Made by a program: the position numbers and the translations under genes
The notes under the pieces: model-generated
Databases searched by the model: none
The model's input: only the letters and a program-made list of their open reading frames with translations
Told to the model about the DNA's origin: nothing
Shown: one piece after another, positions 45,375-53,274 of the stretch
Layout: each line of letters opens with the position of its first letter
How positions within the stretch are numbered: position 1 is the first letter of the stretch
Source: Pyrinomonadaceae bacterium
GTDB taxonomy: Bacteria; Acidobacteriota; Blastocatellia; Pyrinomonadales; Pyrinomonadaceae
NCBI GenBank assembly: GCA_049273695.1
Contig: JBASRE010000013.1
Location: 14,109 to 78,108, forward strand
DNA length: 64,000 nucleotides
Direction: 5' to 3'

Positions 45375-45465
45375 GTCCGCGGAGCGGACGTTAGCATAAA
45401 GCCTGGGGCGTAAGCCCCAGGAGCGCATCGTGAAAAGTTCCAGAGCCCGCGGAGCGGGCGACAGC
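45375..45465 (+). repeat. triple-hairpin repeat module (copy 3, forward)
   Basis: GTCCGCGGAGCGGAC...GCCTGGGGCGTAAGCCCCAGG...GCCCGCGGAGCGGGCGACAGC. Confidence 0.8.
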
Positions 45466-45488
45466 GAAATCGATAGAGGCAAAGTGCG

Positions 45489-45677
45489 TCAGTCATAGTC
45501 CTCTATTTTGATTTGTTGCGTGAAGGCTCGCCAAAGGACCTTCTTTTTATTGCCACACACCGTGCATTGATAAATTGCCTTTCCAAACAATTCCAAGCTC
45601 CTCACGAGTACCATTCTTACGGGATGATGGTCTTCACCGCAGTACATTTCCATTTTTTCAAGGTCGGGCTTTTCCAT
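45489..45677 (-). CDS. small zinc-ribbon-like protein (low-GC islet gene 3)
   Basis: 62 aa with C-x3-HH ... C-x2-C (MYCGEDHH...CTVCGNKKK). Local GC is about 44% by hand count. Confidence 0.5.
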   Translation of the reverse strand: MEKPDLEKMEMYCGEDHHPVRMVLVRSLELFGKAIYQCTVCGNKKKVLWRAFTQQIKIEDYD

Positions 45678-45731
45678 AGGATTCCTTGCTGTTACTACTA
45701 AGTAAAAAAGTGTGTCATAGGCACGTGTGAA

Positions 45732-46085
45732 CTATTTCCGCGTAATAAGTTCTTGTTCTGTGAAACCACAATACGAACATAGATAGGTTCTTCTGATCCC
45801 GCCAAGGTCGCCAAATATTTCATCAGGTTCACTTTTTTCTACGTGCCACCCTCTCTTCCGACACTTTGGACATGGATCGCCTTCCGCACTTTCGAGCTCT
45901 CTGATTCTGTTGTGCAGGTCGGCGTTTTCTCCGATGAGAGAAGCCATCTTCAGCTTGGTTTCCGCCAATTCAAGACTAAGATCAGCGAGAACATTCTTGA
46001 ATTCTGCGTCGCGAATGTTTTCCCCGATCTTCTTTAGGCGTGAGACGAGGGCGATAGCTTTTGTTACAGATGAAATGACTTCCAT
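45732..46085 (-). CDS. coiled-coil + C-terminal zinc-ribbon protein (low-GC islet gene 2)
   Basis: 117 aa. N-terminal heptad-rich helix, then CPKCRKRGW...(25)...CSYCGF (YgiT/MqsA-type 4-Cys ribbon pattern). Confidence 0.55.
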   Translation of the reverse strand: MEVISSVTKAIALVSRLKKIGENIRDAEFKNVLADLSLELAETKLKMASLIGENADLHNRIRELESAEGDPCPKCRKRGWHVEKSEPDEIFGDLGGIRRTYLCSYCGFTEQELITRK

Positions 46086-46177
46086 GCGAAATATCCCTTG
46101 TCAGTAGGGCTCTTCTTCAGTGCACAACCTCAGAGTTGATGAGCAGCGTTCATCCAACCTCGCGTCTATCAACGAAT

Positions 46178-46786
46178 TCAAGGCTTGGTCAACGACTTGA
46201 GCGCTGAATACGCGACAGGCGACACAATTTCAAGAAGCTTTTCGGCAATTGGTCCCACTTTGACCGACGACATTGCAGTTACGGAGACATCTTTCATTGC
46301 ACATTTGAACACCGGTATCTGGCTAGGAACCTCATCGAGAAAGAATCGAGCCTTAACGACCTGATCTGGATTGATATGTTCGAGCCGAATAGCGCATTGC
46401 TCAGCATCGGTTCTTTCTAGAGTCCAGAGGTCTTCATAACCAGGGGGCACATCTTCAATATAAATGGGAATCACGTAGGTAGCCCCGACCGCCTCGATGA
46501 TGATAGGCGGATTCTCTATTGCTCGATTCCCAAGATTAACGATATCAACCGAGAGCAGGGTTGGTTCTACGAGCTGTTCGCCGTTGAATTCAATCGTCAA
46601 GGCGGCCGACGCGCCCGGTACTTTGTCCATTGCAAGCAGAGGTGACATTGTCATTCGATAACCAATCGCCTGCCGCGCGAGTGACCGCTTTGTCGCCCAC
46701 GCTGAAGATATCCAGGCAATCCCGGCCGCGAGAACGGTTGCAACCACACCGAAAATAGCGATCCAGTCTGATTTCGCGAGACTCAT
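46178..46786 (-). CDS. single-pass membrane protein of unknown function (low-GC islet gene 1)
   Basis: ATG 46786. MSLAKSDWIAIFGVVATVLAAGIAWISSAW is a TM helix. It is followed by about 165 aa of beta-rich sequence with no domain I recognise. Confidence 0.55.
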   Translation of the reverse strand: MSLAKSDWIAIFGVVATVLAAGIAWISSAWATKRSLARQAIGYRMTMSPLLAMDKVPGASAALTIEFNGEQLVEPTLLSVDIVNLGNRAIENPPIIIEAVGATYVIPIYIEDVPPGYEDLWTLERTDAEQCAIRLEHINPDQVVKARFFLDEVPSQIPVFKCAMKDVSVTAMSSVKVGPIAEKLLEIVSPVAYSALKSLTKP

Positions 46787-46864
46787 GAGGCTAACCTTAT
46801 AAACGCCCGATCTAGAGTTGCTTGGGGCGCGCAATGAGAAGTTTCACTGAGCGTAATAACCGGT

Positions 46865-48613
46865 TCAATATCTCCAACTCTTCAAATCCGCTCCCGGTGG
46901 TGCGGTCTTCAACATGCGCTCAACGGCGCGCGGCATGAACATCTGATGATACCGCAGACGCGAGAGCGCGTTCGGTCGCGTGTGATCGCCGTTCCAGCAG
47001 TGTTCGGCGCGCGGTTCGTAATCGACTTCACCGCCGTAGGCCGGATCTTTCGTTGTCTTGAGAAAGTCTTCGACCAGGTACACGGCGTTGTTCAGATAGT
47101 AGTTGTCTGCTTCGCCGACGTAAATGTGAAGTTTTCCGGCGAGCTTCGGCCCAAGCTTCTGCCAATCTCTTTTCAAGATGTAACCGAGATCGTAGTGCTC
47201 GCGCCAGTACTCAGCGACTGATCGATCAATCTCTCCAGTCAGCTTGTTCCAGATGGGCTTGGGATAACCGTCGGCGCCGACGGGCGAATAGACAGCTTCC
47301 CAGATGTCGAACTGCCCGCCTGAACGGCTATTGGTTCCGAGCGCCAGCTCCATGTGATTCATGTCTTCGATCGTCGCTGCCAGCTCGCCCAGATAGTTTC
47401 GCTTACCCGGTCGCGGCGTTGTCTTCCACGAATCGTCGATGTAGTAGGCATTTTTGTGGCGGTAGATATCCACGACCATGTAGGCGCGAAAATCGATCGG
47501 ATCGGGACACGCGATGTAGGCGCCGTTGTATTCGTCGGGATAGAAAACCTGCGCGGCCATCGCTTCCCACCCGCCGGTCGATCCGCCGTACATGAAACGC
47601 GCCCAGCCTTTACCGATGCCGCGAAATTCTCGCTCGATGTAAGGAATCAACTCATAGGTGATCGCGTCGCCGTATGGCCCGAGATTGGCCGAGTTCACCG
47701 CGTAGGAATCGTCGTAGTAAGGATTCGCGTGCTGAATTTCGATCATCAGCATCCGGGGAAAGTTCGGCCCGGTCCACTCTTTGTAAAACTGATGCGCGTG
47801 TTCCTGAACGATGCGGTTGTAGCCTTCGAGTTTGAAGCGCTCACTGTAGTCAGGTTTGAGATTTGGATCGGGCGGCGTCTCGCGAAAGTTTCCGATGTTC
47901 GCCGGAAAGTGTCCGTGGAAAATCGCCAGCGGGTAACGCGCGTTAGGATGTTCGTCAAAGCCTTCGGGTAAGAGCACGTGCGCGCCAATATGCATCGGCC
48001 GTCCCCAGAATTCAGTGAGCAGCTTGCTCTGAATCTTGACGTGCTTGATGTACTTGCTGTCCTTAGGTGGCTCGATGGGCGGAATGATCTTGTCGAGACT
48101 AATCTTGATCGAGGCATCCTTGCCCGGATCGATCGTGAGCTTGACCGGCGTGCTGTAGAGATTTCCCGGCGCGCGGCTCCATTGCTGGCCTTCGCCACGA
48201 TCCATGGGCAGCTTCACGGTGTGCCCGTCTTTACGTTTGAAAGTTTCGTAAACGTGCAGCAGCGCCTGCACCCAGTACTCGCCCGGCTTTAATTGCGAAA
48301 TCGATCTGACCGGATAACCGAAGGCGCCGGTGTCAACCGTCGCGGTCTGGCCGGGCTTTAAACCATCGACGTCGATACCGAACACCTGCTGCGTGGTTGG
48401 GTCTTCGGAAATTTGCAGACGCGGCTCGCGCGTGTTGTTGTTCGCGATGAGTAGAAGCATCCGCCCATCGAGCGGCTTCGCGCTGCTGGTGGCAGGAAAT
48501 GAAACCTCGAAACGAAGCTGAGAGCCAGCCGATGTTTGCGCAGTGGCTGAAATTGCGACGGCAGACGCAAAGACTAATGACGCAATTGCGAAGCTGAAGG
48601 TTCTACGTTTCAT
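46865..48613 (-). CDS. secreted esterase-family alpha/beta hydrolase (enterochelin-esterase-like)
   Basis: ATG 48613 followed by a signal peptide. The MYGGSTGGWEAM nucleophile region follows a large N-terminal beta domain. Confidence 0.7.
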   Translation of the reverse strand: MKRRTFSFAIASLVFASAVAISATAQTSAGSQLRFEVSFPATSSAKPLDGRMLLLIANNNTREPRLQISEDPTTQQVFGIDVDGLKPGQTATVDTGAFGYPVRSISQLKPGEYWVQALLHVYETFKRKDGHTVKLPMDRGEGQQWSRAPGNLYSTPVKLTIDPGKDASIKISLDKIIPPIEPPKDSKYIKHVKIQSKLLTEFWGRPMHIGAHVLLPEGFDEHPNARYPLAIFHGHFPANIGNFRETPPDPNLKPDYSERFKLEGYNRIVQEHAHQFYKEWTGPNFPRMLMIEIQHANPYYDDSYAVNSANLGPYGDAITYELIPYIEREFRGIGKGWARFMYGGSTGGWEAMAAQVFYPDEYNGAYIACPDPIDFRAYMVVDIYRHKNAYYIDDSWKTTPRPGKRNYLGELAATIEDMNHMELALGTNSRSGGQFDIWEAVYSPVGADGYPKPIWNKLTGEIDRSVAEYWREHYDLGYILKRDWQKLGPKLAGKLHIYVGEADNYYLNNAVYLVEDFLKTTKDPAYGGEVDYEPRAEHCWNGDHTRPNALSRLRYHQMFMPRAVERMLKTAPPGADLKSWRY

Positions 48614-48676
48614 GGCGCGAGAGCATATTGCAATCGCAGCCAACGCGGCAAGAACTGGAGGGTCAGCGCGGTAGTG

Positions 48677-48824
48677 TCATTCACACCTCGCTTCAGCGAG
48701 GTGGTAGAAAGACCAAGAGTGTTGGCCTAGCCGTTTCAACGGCTTCTGTTCATAAACCGTTGAAAACGGTTGCCAGATTTCGGGAAGCTCGCAGGGTCAC
48801 CTCGCTGAAGCGAAGTGTGAATGA
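48677..48824. repeat. MITE-like structured repeat (second member of the 2547-2734 family)
   Basis: TCATTCACACCTCGCTTCAGCGAGGTG ... AACCGTTGAAAACGGTT ... CACCTCGCTGAAGCGAAGTGTGAATGA. It has the same architecture with compensatory stem changes. Confidence 0.8.
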
Positions 48825-48867
48825 GAAGGCCTTTGCGGACTGAGCAAGAAGCGAAAACCTTATCGAA

Positions 48868-49260
48868 CTATTTCGGTGTCAGAAAGGTCGTGCTCTGCGC
48901 GGTGTAATCGAAATCATAGTTGTAAGTGAACAGAGGTGTGGCAATCGGCCGCGTGAACTGCACGCGCACTTCCACGCGCCCTTCTTTCTGGGCGGGTGTG
49001 ATCACCGCGTCGTCGGGAACATTGTGCTCGGCCTTGCTCTTGGAAATCTGATCGGCGAGCCAGGCTGCGTCGTACCCTTGCGCCGCCGCCAGGTTCACTT
49101 TGTTCTGCATCGTGTCCTTGAAATAGTAGGCGTCGATGGCGACCGGGATGTACATGTACCCGGCGTAACCGGCAATGGCGACAAGCGCGAGAAAGAGGAT
49201 GAGCTTCAGGCGCGCGCTGCCGCGTTCGCCTCGGTTGTGAAGGAGTGTTTGGTGGTTCAT
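48868..49260 (-). CDS. membrane-anchored hypothetical protein
   Basis: N-terminal TM helix LKLILFLALVAIAGYAGYMYI. It starts 7 nt downstream of aroB. Confidence 0.55.
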   Translation of the reverse strand: MNHQTLLHNRGERGSARLKLILFLALVAIAGYAGYMYIPVAIDAYYFKDTMQNKVNLAAAQGYDAAWLADQISKSKAEHNVPDDAVITPAQKEGRVEVRVQFTRPIATPLFTYNYDFDYTAQSTTFLTPK

Positions 49261-49267
49261 AGCAAAA

Positions 49268-50419
49268 CTAATTCGATCTTAAGCCTGTGGCTAGAGCAGA
49301 GCGAAGAACGCTCGGTTTGATTTCCGCGGAGTCAACGATGCGGGGTTTGCCGATCCTTTCAAGCAGGACCCATTTCAATTTCCCTTCAACGACTTTCTTG
49401 TCAGCTGTCATCGCTTTAATGATCTGTACAGCCGAGAGATCGTCAGCGTGCGGCAGCGCCCCGCACAACGCGACCGCTTCACGCAGCAATTCTAACTCGC
49501 GGGACGGGAGCATGCCTAGACTTTTTGAAACCTCGCCGGCGACCAGGATTCCGTAACCGACCGCCTCACCATGACGGAAGCGCCGGTAATTAGTGACTTT
49601 TTCGAGGGCATGAGCCGTGGTGTGGCCAAAATTCAGAATGCGACGTGAGCGACGATCAGTGCGCGAAACGTCTTCGCGTTCGTCGCCGGTGACGATTGAG
49701 GCCTTGAAGCGACAGTGGCCGGCAATGGTGGCAGCCAGGTCGGTACGCATGCCTCCGGCATGCAGCACTCCGGAGGAGTGCGTCCCCGCACGCAGCAATC
49801 GCATTGTTTGATCAAACAGCTTGCGAGTGGCGACGGCTCCCTGCTTTACCATCTCGCAGAACCCGGAAGTCAGCTCGCGACGCGGTAGCGTGCGTAGCGT
49901 CTCAGTATCGATCACAACCATCGCCGGTTGATGGAACGCGCCGACAAGATTCTTTCCCGATGCCAGGTTAATTCCTGTTTTGCCACCGACTGATGAATCA
50001 ATTTGCGCAAGCAGTGTCGTCGGCACTTGCACGAGCGCTACGCCACGGAGATAAACGCCCGCGGCGAACCCCCCCAGATCGCCAACCACTCCACCGCCGA
50101 GCGCCACCACCACATCATTGCGTTGCAGCCGGTTCTCAGCGAAGAATGCGACGATGCGTTCGAGCGATCGAAACGATTTCTCGCGCTCGCCGTCGCCGAT
50201 GAGAAAACATTTGACAGCGAAGCCGCTGCTTCGCAGACTGTCGATCGCTGGTTTCCCGTACAAGTCGAAAACGGTTTTGTTGGAGATAATTGCGACGGTG
50301 CGGGCGGTTTGGCTGCCGCTTTCGCGGACCGCGGGCCCCAGGTCGCCCAGCAATCCGGCGCCAATTCGGATGTCGTAAGTCCTTGGTTTCGCCGGCAGGC
50401 GCACGCGGACGGTCGGCAT
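49268..50419 (-). CDS. aroB: 3-dehydroquinate synthase
   Basis: VVALGGGVVGDLGGFAAGVYLRGV..VQVPTTLLAQIDSSVGGKTGINL and the downstream His-rich metal site (HGEAV). Confidence 0.92.
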   Translation of the reverse strand: MPTVRVRLPAKPRTYDIRIGAGLLGDLGPAVRESGSQTARTVAIISNKTVFDLYGKPAIDSLRSSGFAVKCFLIGDGEREKSFRSLERIVAFFAENRLQRNDVVVALGGGVVGDLGGFAAGVYLRGVALVQVPTTLLAQIDSSVGGKTGINLASGKNLVGAFHQPAMVVIDTETLRTLPRRELTSGFCEMVKQGAVATRKLFDQTMRLLRAGTHSSGVLHAGGMRTDLAATIAGHCRFKASIVTGDEREDVSRTDRRSRRILNFGHTTAHALEKVTNYRRFRHGEAVGYGILVAGEVSKSLGMLPSRELELLREAVALCGALPHADDLSAVQIIKAMTADKKVVEGKLKWVLLERIGKPRIVDSAEIKPSVLRSALATGLRSN

Positions 50420-50598
50420 TGGCTTAGACTTTATTACAGTGGGGCGGTCTCAGGAAGCCCAGCCCGTTTGGAAAGCCGCCGCAATTGGCTCTTTTATTTG
50501 CTTGTTATCTCTGGTTTCCAGAGGAGTGGGAGCTTCGGCTTCGCAAATCGAAAGGTTGGCGGCTCAATTGCCCGGGCCGCCGTACGAAAGGGCTTAAC

Positions 50599-51594
50599 AT
50601 GATACTTCGCAAGACTTTACTGTTTGGTACTGTCGCGGCCGTTCTTATCGGTGTATTCGCGACGTCGTCGGCGGCGCAAAAGAGTACGCGCGACCGCGTC
50701 GCGGGAGCGCCTTCCCTCGCCCTGATGGCTGAACCATCCGTCATCCGCAATTGCGAAGGCGACGCGTCGACCGTCCGGTTGAACGCGAATGCGACGTCGA
50801 ACTCCGGAAACGCGCTCAATTACAAGTGGACTGCCAACGGCGGCCGGATTTCAGGAAGCGGCGCTAACGTCACCTGGGACCTGGCCGGCGCGAGACCCGG
50901 TGTTTACCAGGCCGTAGTCGATGTGGACGCAGGCGATCCGAACTGCGCAGCGTTTTCTTCGGTAGCCGTGGTTGTGACTGAGTGTCCGGCCGTGCCACCG
51001 CCCCCGCCTCCGCCGAGTTGCCCGACGGTCAGCGTATCGTGTCCGGACTCCGCGAGTGAGAATGCGCCGGTGACCTTCAGCGCGAATGTCAGCGGCGGTT
51101 CGACCAACGTGACGCCGACTTACAACTGGACGATCACCGCCGGCCGCATCATCAGCGGTCAGGGCACGACCAGCATCACCGTTGATACGGCCGGTTTAGC
51201 TGGTCAGACGATTCGGGCGACGTTGGATGTTGAGGGTTACGGAATGCCTTGTCCGGCGAGTTGCTCAGTTTCACTTCCGATCGACATCAAGCCGCGCAAG
51301 TTCGATGAGTATTACGACATCGCGCGCAACGATGAGAAAGCTCGTTTAGACAACTACGCGATTCAAATGCAGAACGAGCCCGGCGCGCAGGCGTACATCA
51401 TCGTCTATCCAGCCCGGAAGGCGAAATCAAACGCCGCGCAAGAGCGCGCTACGAGAATCTCTGATTACCTGGTTAACTCGCGCGGCATCGACGCCAGCCG
51501 CCTCACCGTCACCATGGGAGGGGCGCGAGAGAACTGGATGATCGAATTGTGGATCGTTCCCCAGGGAGCACCGCCTCCGGTGCCTCAGCGGTAA
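50599..51594 (+). CDS. secreted protein with two Ig/PKD-like repeats, a poly-Pro linker and a conserved C-terminal domain
   Basis: ATG 50599 followed by a signal peptide. Internal repeat NYKWTANGGRISGSGANVTW / TYNWTITAGRIISGQGTTSITV. PPPPPPPS linker. Confidence 0.6.
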   Translation: MILRKTLLFGTVAAVLIGVFATSSAAQKSTRDRVAGAPSLALMAEPSVIRNCEGDASTVRLNANATSNSGNALNYKWTANGGRISGSGANVTWDLAGARPGVYQAVVDVDAGDPNCAAFSSVAVVVTECPAVPPPPPPPSCPTVSVSCPDSASENAPVTFSANVSGGSTNVTPTYNWTITAGRIISGQGTTSITVDTAGLAGQTIRATLDVEGYGMPCPASCSVSLPIDIKPRKFDEYYDIARNDEKARLDNYAIQMQNEPGAQAYIIVYPARKAKSNAAQERATRISDYLVNSRGIDASRLTVTMGGARENWMIELWIVPQGAPPPVPQR

Positions 51595-51620
51595 AAGTTT
51601 TTCCTGCGAGGTGACTTGAC

Positions 51621-51662
51621 GGCGCGATTCCCCATTCCTCGGGAATCGCGCCATTTTTTTTG
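51621..51662 (+). terminator. rho-independent terminator
   Basis: GGCGCGATTCCC-CATTCCTC-GGGAATCGCGCC followed by T9. Confidence 0.85.
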
Positions 51663-51667
51663 AGTGG

Positions 51668-51707
51668 CGCAAATTGCTAATTTGCGCGCAAGTTAACAAC
51701 TTGCGCT
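51668..51707. repeat. two abutting 21-nt palindromes (9+3+9)
   Basis: GCGCAAATT-GCT-AATTTGCGC and GCGCAAGTT-AAC-AACTTGCGC overlap by 2 nt. The single stem difference is compensated (A:T to G:C). Confidence 0.8.
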
Positions 51708-51732
51708 ACCGCGTACGGGCACGGGTTAAGTT

Positions 51733-52398
51733 TCAGCGATCGATGCGCGGCACCTTAGTTTCATTCGGGATCCTGATAATCGTGTCCTTCTGAACGTAAA
51801 CCACGAAGCGCTTGCCTTCCGGCAGCACAGCTTGTTCGCCGCGCTTGAATCCGTGCATCAAGGCGAGCGGCGCTCCCACAATCGTCGGGGCCAGCAACGC
51901 GCCCATCACTGCCGTTCTCGTCGCCACTTCGGCCCCGTGGCTCTGTCCGGTAACTCCTTGTTGCCCTCCGGGAAAATCCGGGTTCGCCATCAGTGACACG
52001 CGGGTCAAATCAACTGCGACGACGTCTCGCATCGTCCAGGTCAGCTTACCGGCTTTACCCCAGTGCCCGGCGCGTTTCGCTTTGGCGATTTGTGCGGTCA
52101 CGAGCGCGTTGCTTCCAATTACAATCGAATCGCCGATCTTGACGGGGACCAGTACGCGAAAGCTGATCAAATCGCCCAGCTTCGCGTCCTTCGAACTAAC
52201 GTCGTGCGTGGCCTGGATATCGAGCGCCGTTCCCGCAGGGATTTTTACCTCGAGAAACTGCGGTTCTGGCGCTGGGGCGGTGGCCGCCGGCGACTCTTGG
52301 ACAGGATTTGCTGCGCCAGATCTTTCGGTAGCGGTCTGGGGGCGCACCGCCGACGCTGTCAGCAAACAAAATAACGTCAGGAAAATTGCTCTTTTCAA
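51733..52398 (-). CDS. secreted hypothetical protein (paralogue A)
   Basis: Signal peptide. SSKDAKLGD..VKIGD..GKAGKL motifs shared with 52521-53153. C-terminal hydrophobic segment. Confidence 0.6.
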   Translation of the reverse strand: MKRAIFLTLFCLLTASAVRPQTATERSGAANPVQESPAATAPAPEPQFLEVKIPAGTALDIQATHDVSSKDAKLGDLISFRVLVPVKIGDSIVIGSNALVTAQIAKAKRAGHWGKAGKLTWTMRDVVAVDLTRVSLMANPDFPGGQQGVTGQSHGAEVATRTAVMGALLAPTIVGAPLALMHGFKRGEQAVLPEGKRFVVYVQKDTIIRIPNETKVPRIDR

Positions 52399-52520
52399 AG
52401 TTCGAACCTCCCGGGGAATCTAAAAGTCTCCCCGGGAAGTGCAAACCGGATACCGCGGAAGCGGACTTATCCACGGCTTAAGATAGGTGGGGAGAGAAAG
52501 CTAAAAGGAAATCCGTTTGC

Positions 52521-53153
52521 CTAATTCAGCCGCGCGGATTGCTTGCTGAATTTTGCGAGGTCGAGCGGCGTGTCCGCAGCCACATAGGCCGTGACCTCGG
52601 TGCCCTTTGGAATAGTGATGTCCTTGCCGTTCAGGAAGAGAAACAGCGGCGCGGCCGGAAAGAAAACGATGCTGGTCGCAACCATCGCGCCGGTCATGAC
52701 GGCGACACGATTTCCGCCGCTGCCGCCTTTCATCGCACGTAAGGGCGCTTTATCTCCACTGGCCAGCCGAACGTAATCGATATTCATCTTCAACTTTCCG
52801 GCGCGTCCCAGCCTGCGCTTCGGATGTGCCTCAGTGACCGTGGCAATGGCCATCGCGCCACGCTCAATCACAATCACATTGCCAATTTTGACGTCCTCGA
52901 GAACTTCGAAGTCCACTCGCTCGTCAACCTTCGCGTCCTTGGAAGACATCGTCCGCGCTAACCTGATTCTCACGGGAGTGTCTTCAGCCAGGCCAAATGT
53001 CGAGGGAGCTTTCGAAGTTGAAGCCGGGCTTTGAACCGGCGCGATTTTCGGATCCTGGGCCGGCGACGCAGGTTGCGATTGCTGGGGAAGGGCTGATGAC
53101 GAAATGACCAGGCAGGAAACGATTAAGATCCCAATTCGCACAACTGTCTTCAT
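52521..53153 (-). CDS. secreted hypothetical protein (paralogue B)
   Basis: Signal peptide. SSKDAKVDE..VKIGN..GRAGKL motifs colinear with paralogue A. C-terminal hydrophobic segment. Confidence 0.6.
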   Translation of the reverse strand: MKTVVRIGILIVSCLVISSSALPQQSQPASPAQDPKIAPVQSPASTSKAPSTFGLAEDTPVRIRLARTMSSKDAKVDERVDFEVLEDVKIGNVIVIERGAMAIATVTEAHPKRRLGRAGKLKMNIDYVRLASGDKAPLRAMKGGSGGNRVAVMTGAMVATSIVFFPAAPLFLFLNGKDITIPKGTEVTAYVAADTPLDLAKFSKQSARLN

Positions 53154-53274
53154 TGTCTTCTCCTTAATTTGAGGCGGATCGGAGAGAGGTAAAACCTGAG
53201 GAGAGAACGAGTCTGGCGCGTTGCCAGCCTCGTCGAACTTACTTTTGGAGAGTAATTAAACCCCTTGGATCTGA

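Noticed and set aside
42637-45465. Dispersed repeats as a degenerate CRISPR array
   Set aside because: The copies are 1.3-1.4 kb apart, are separated by full genes, occur in both orientations and have no cas genes nearby.
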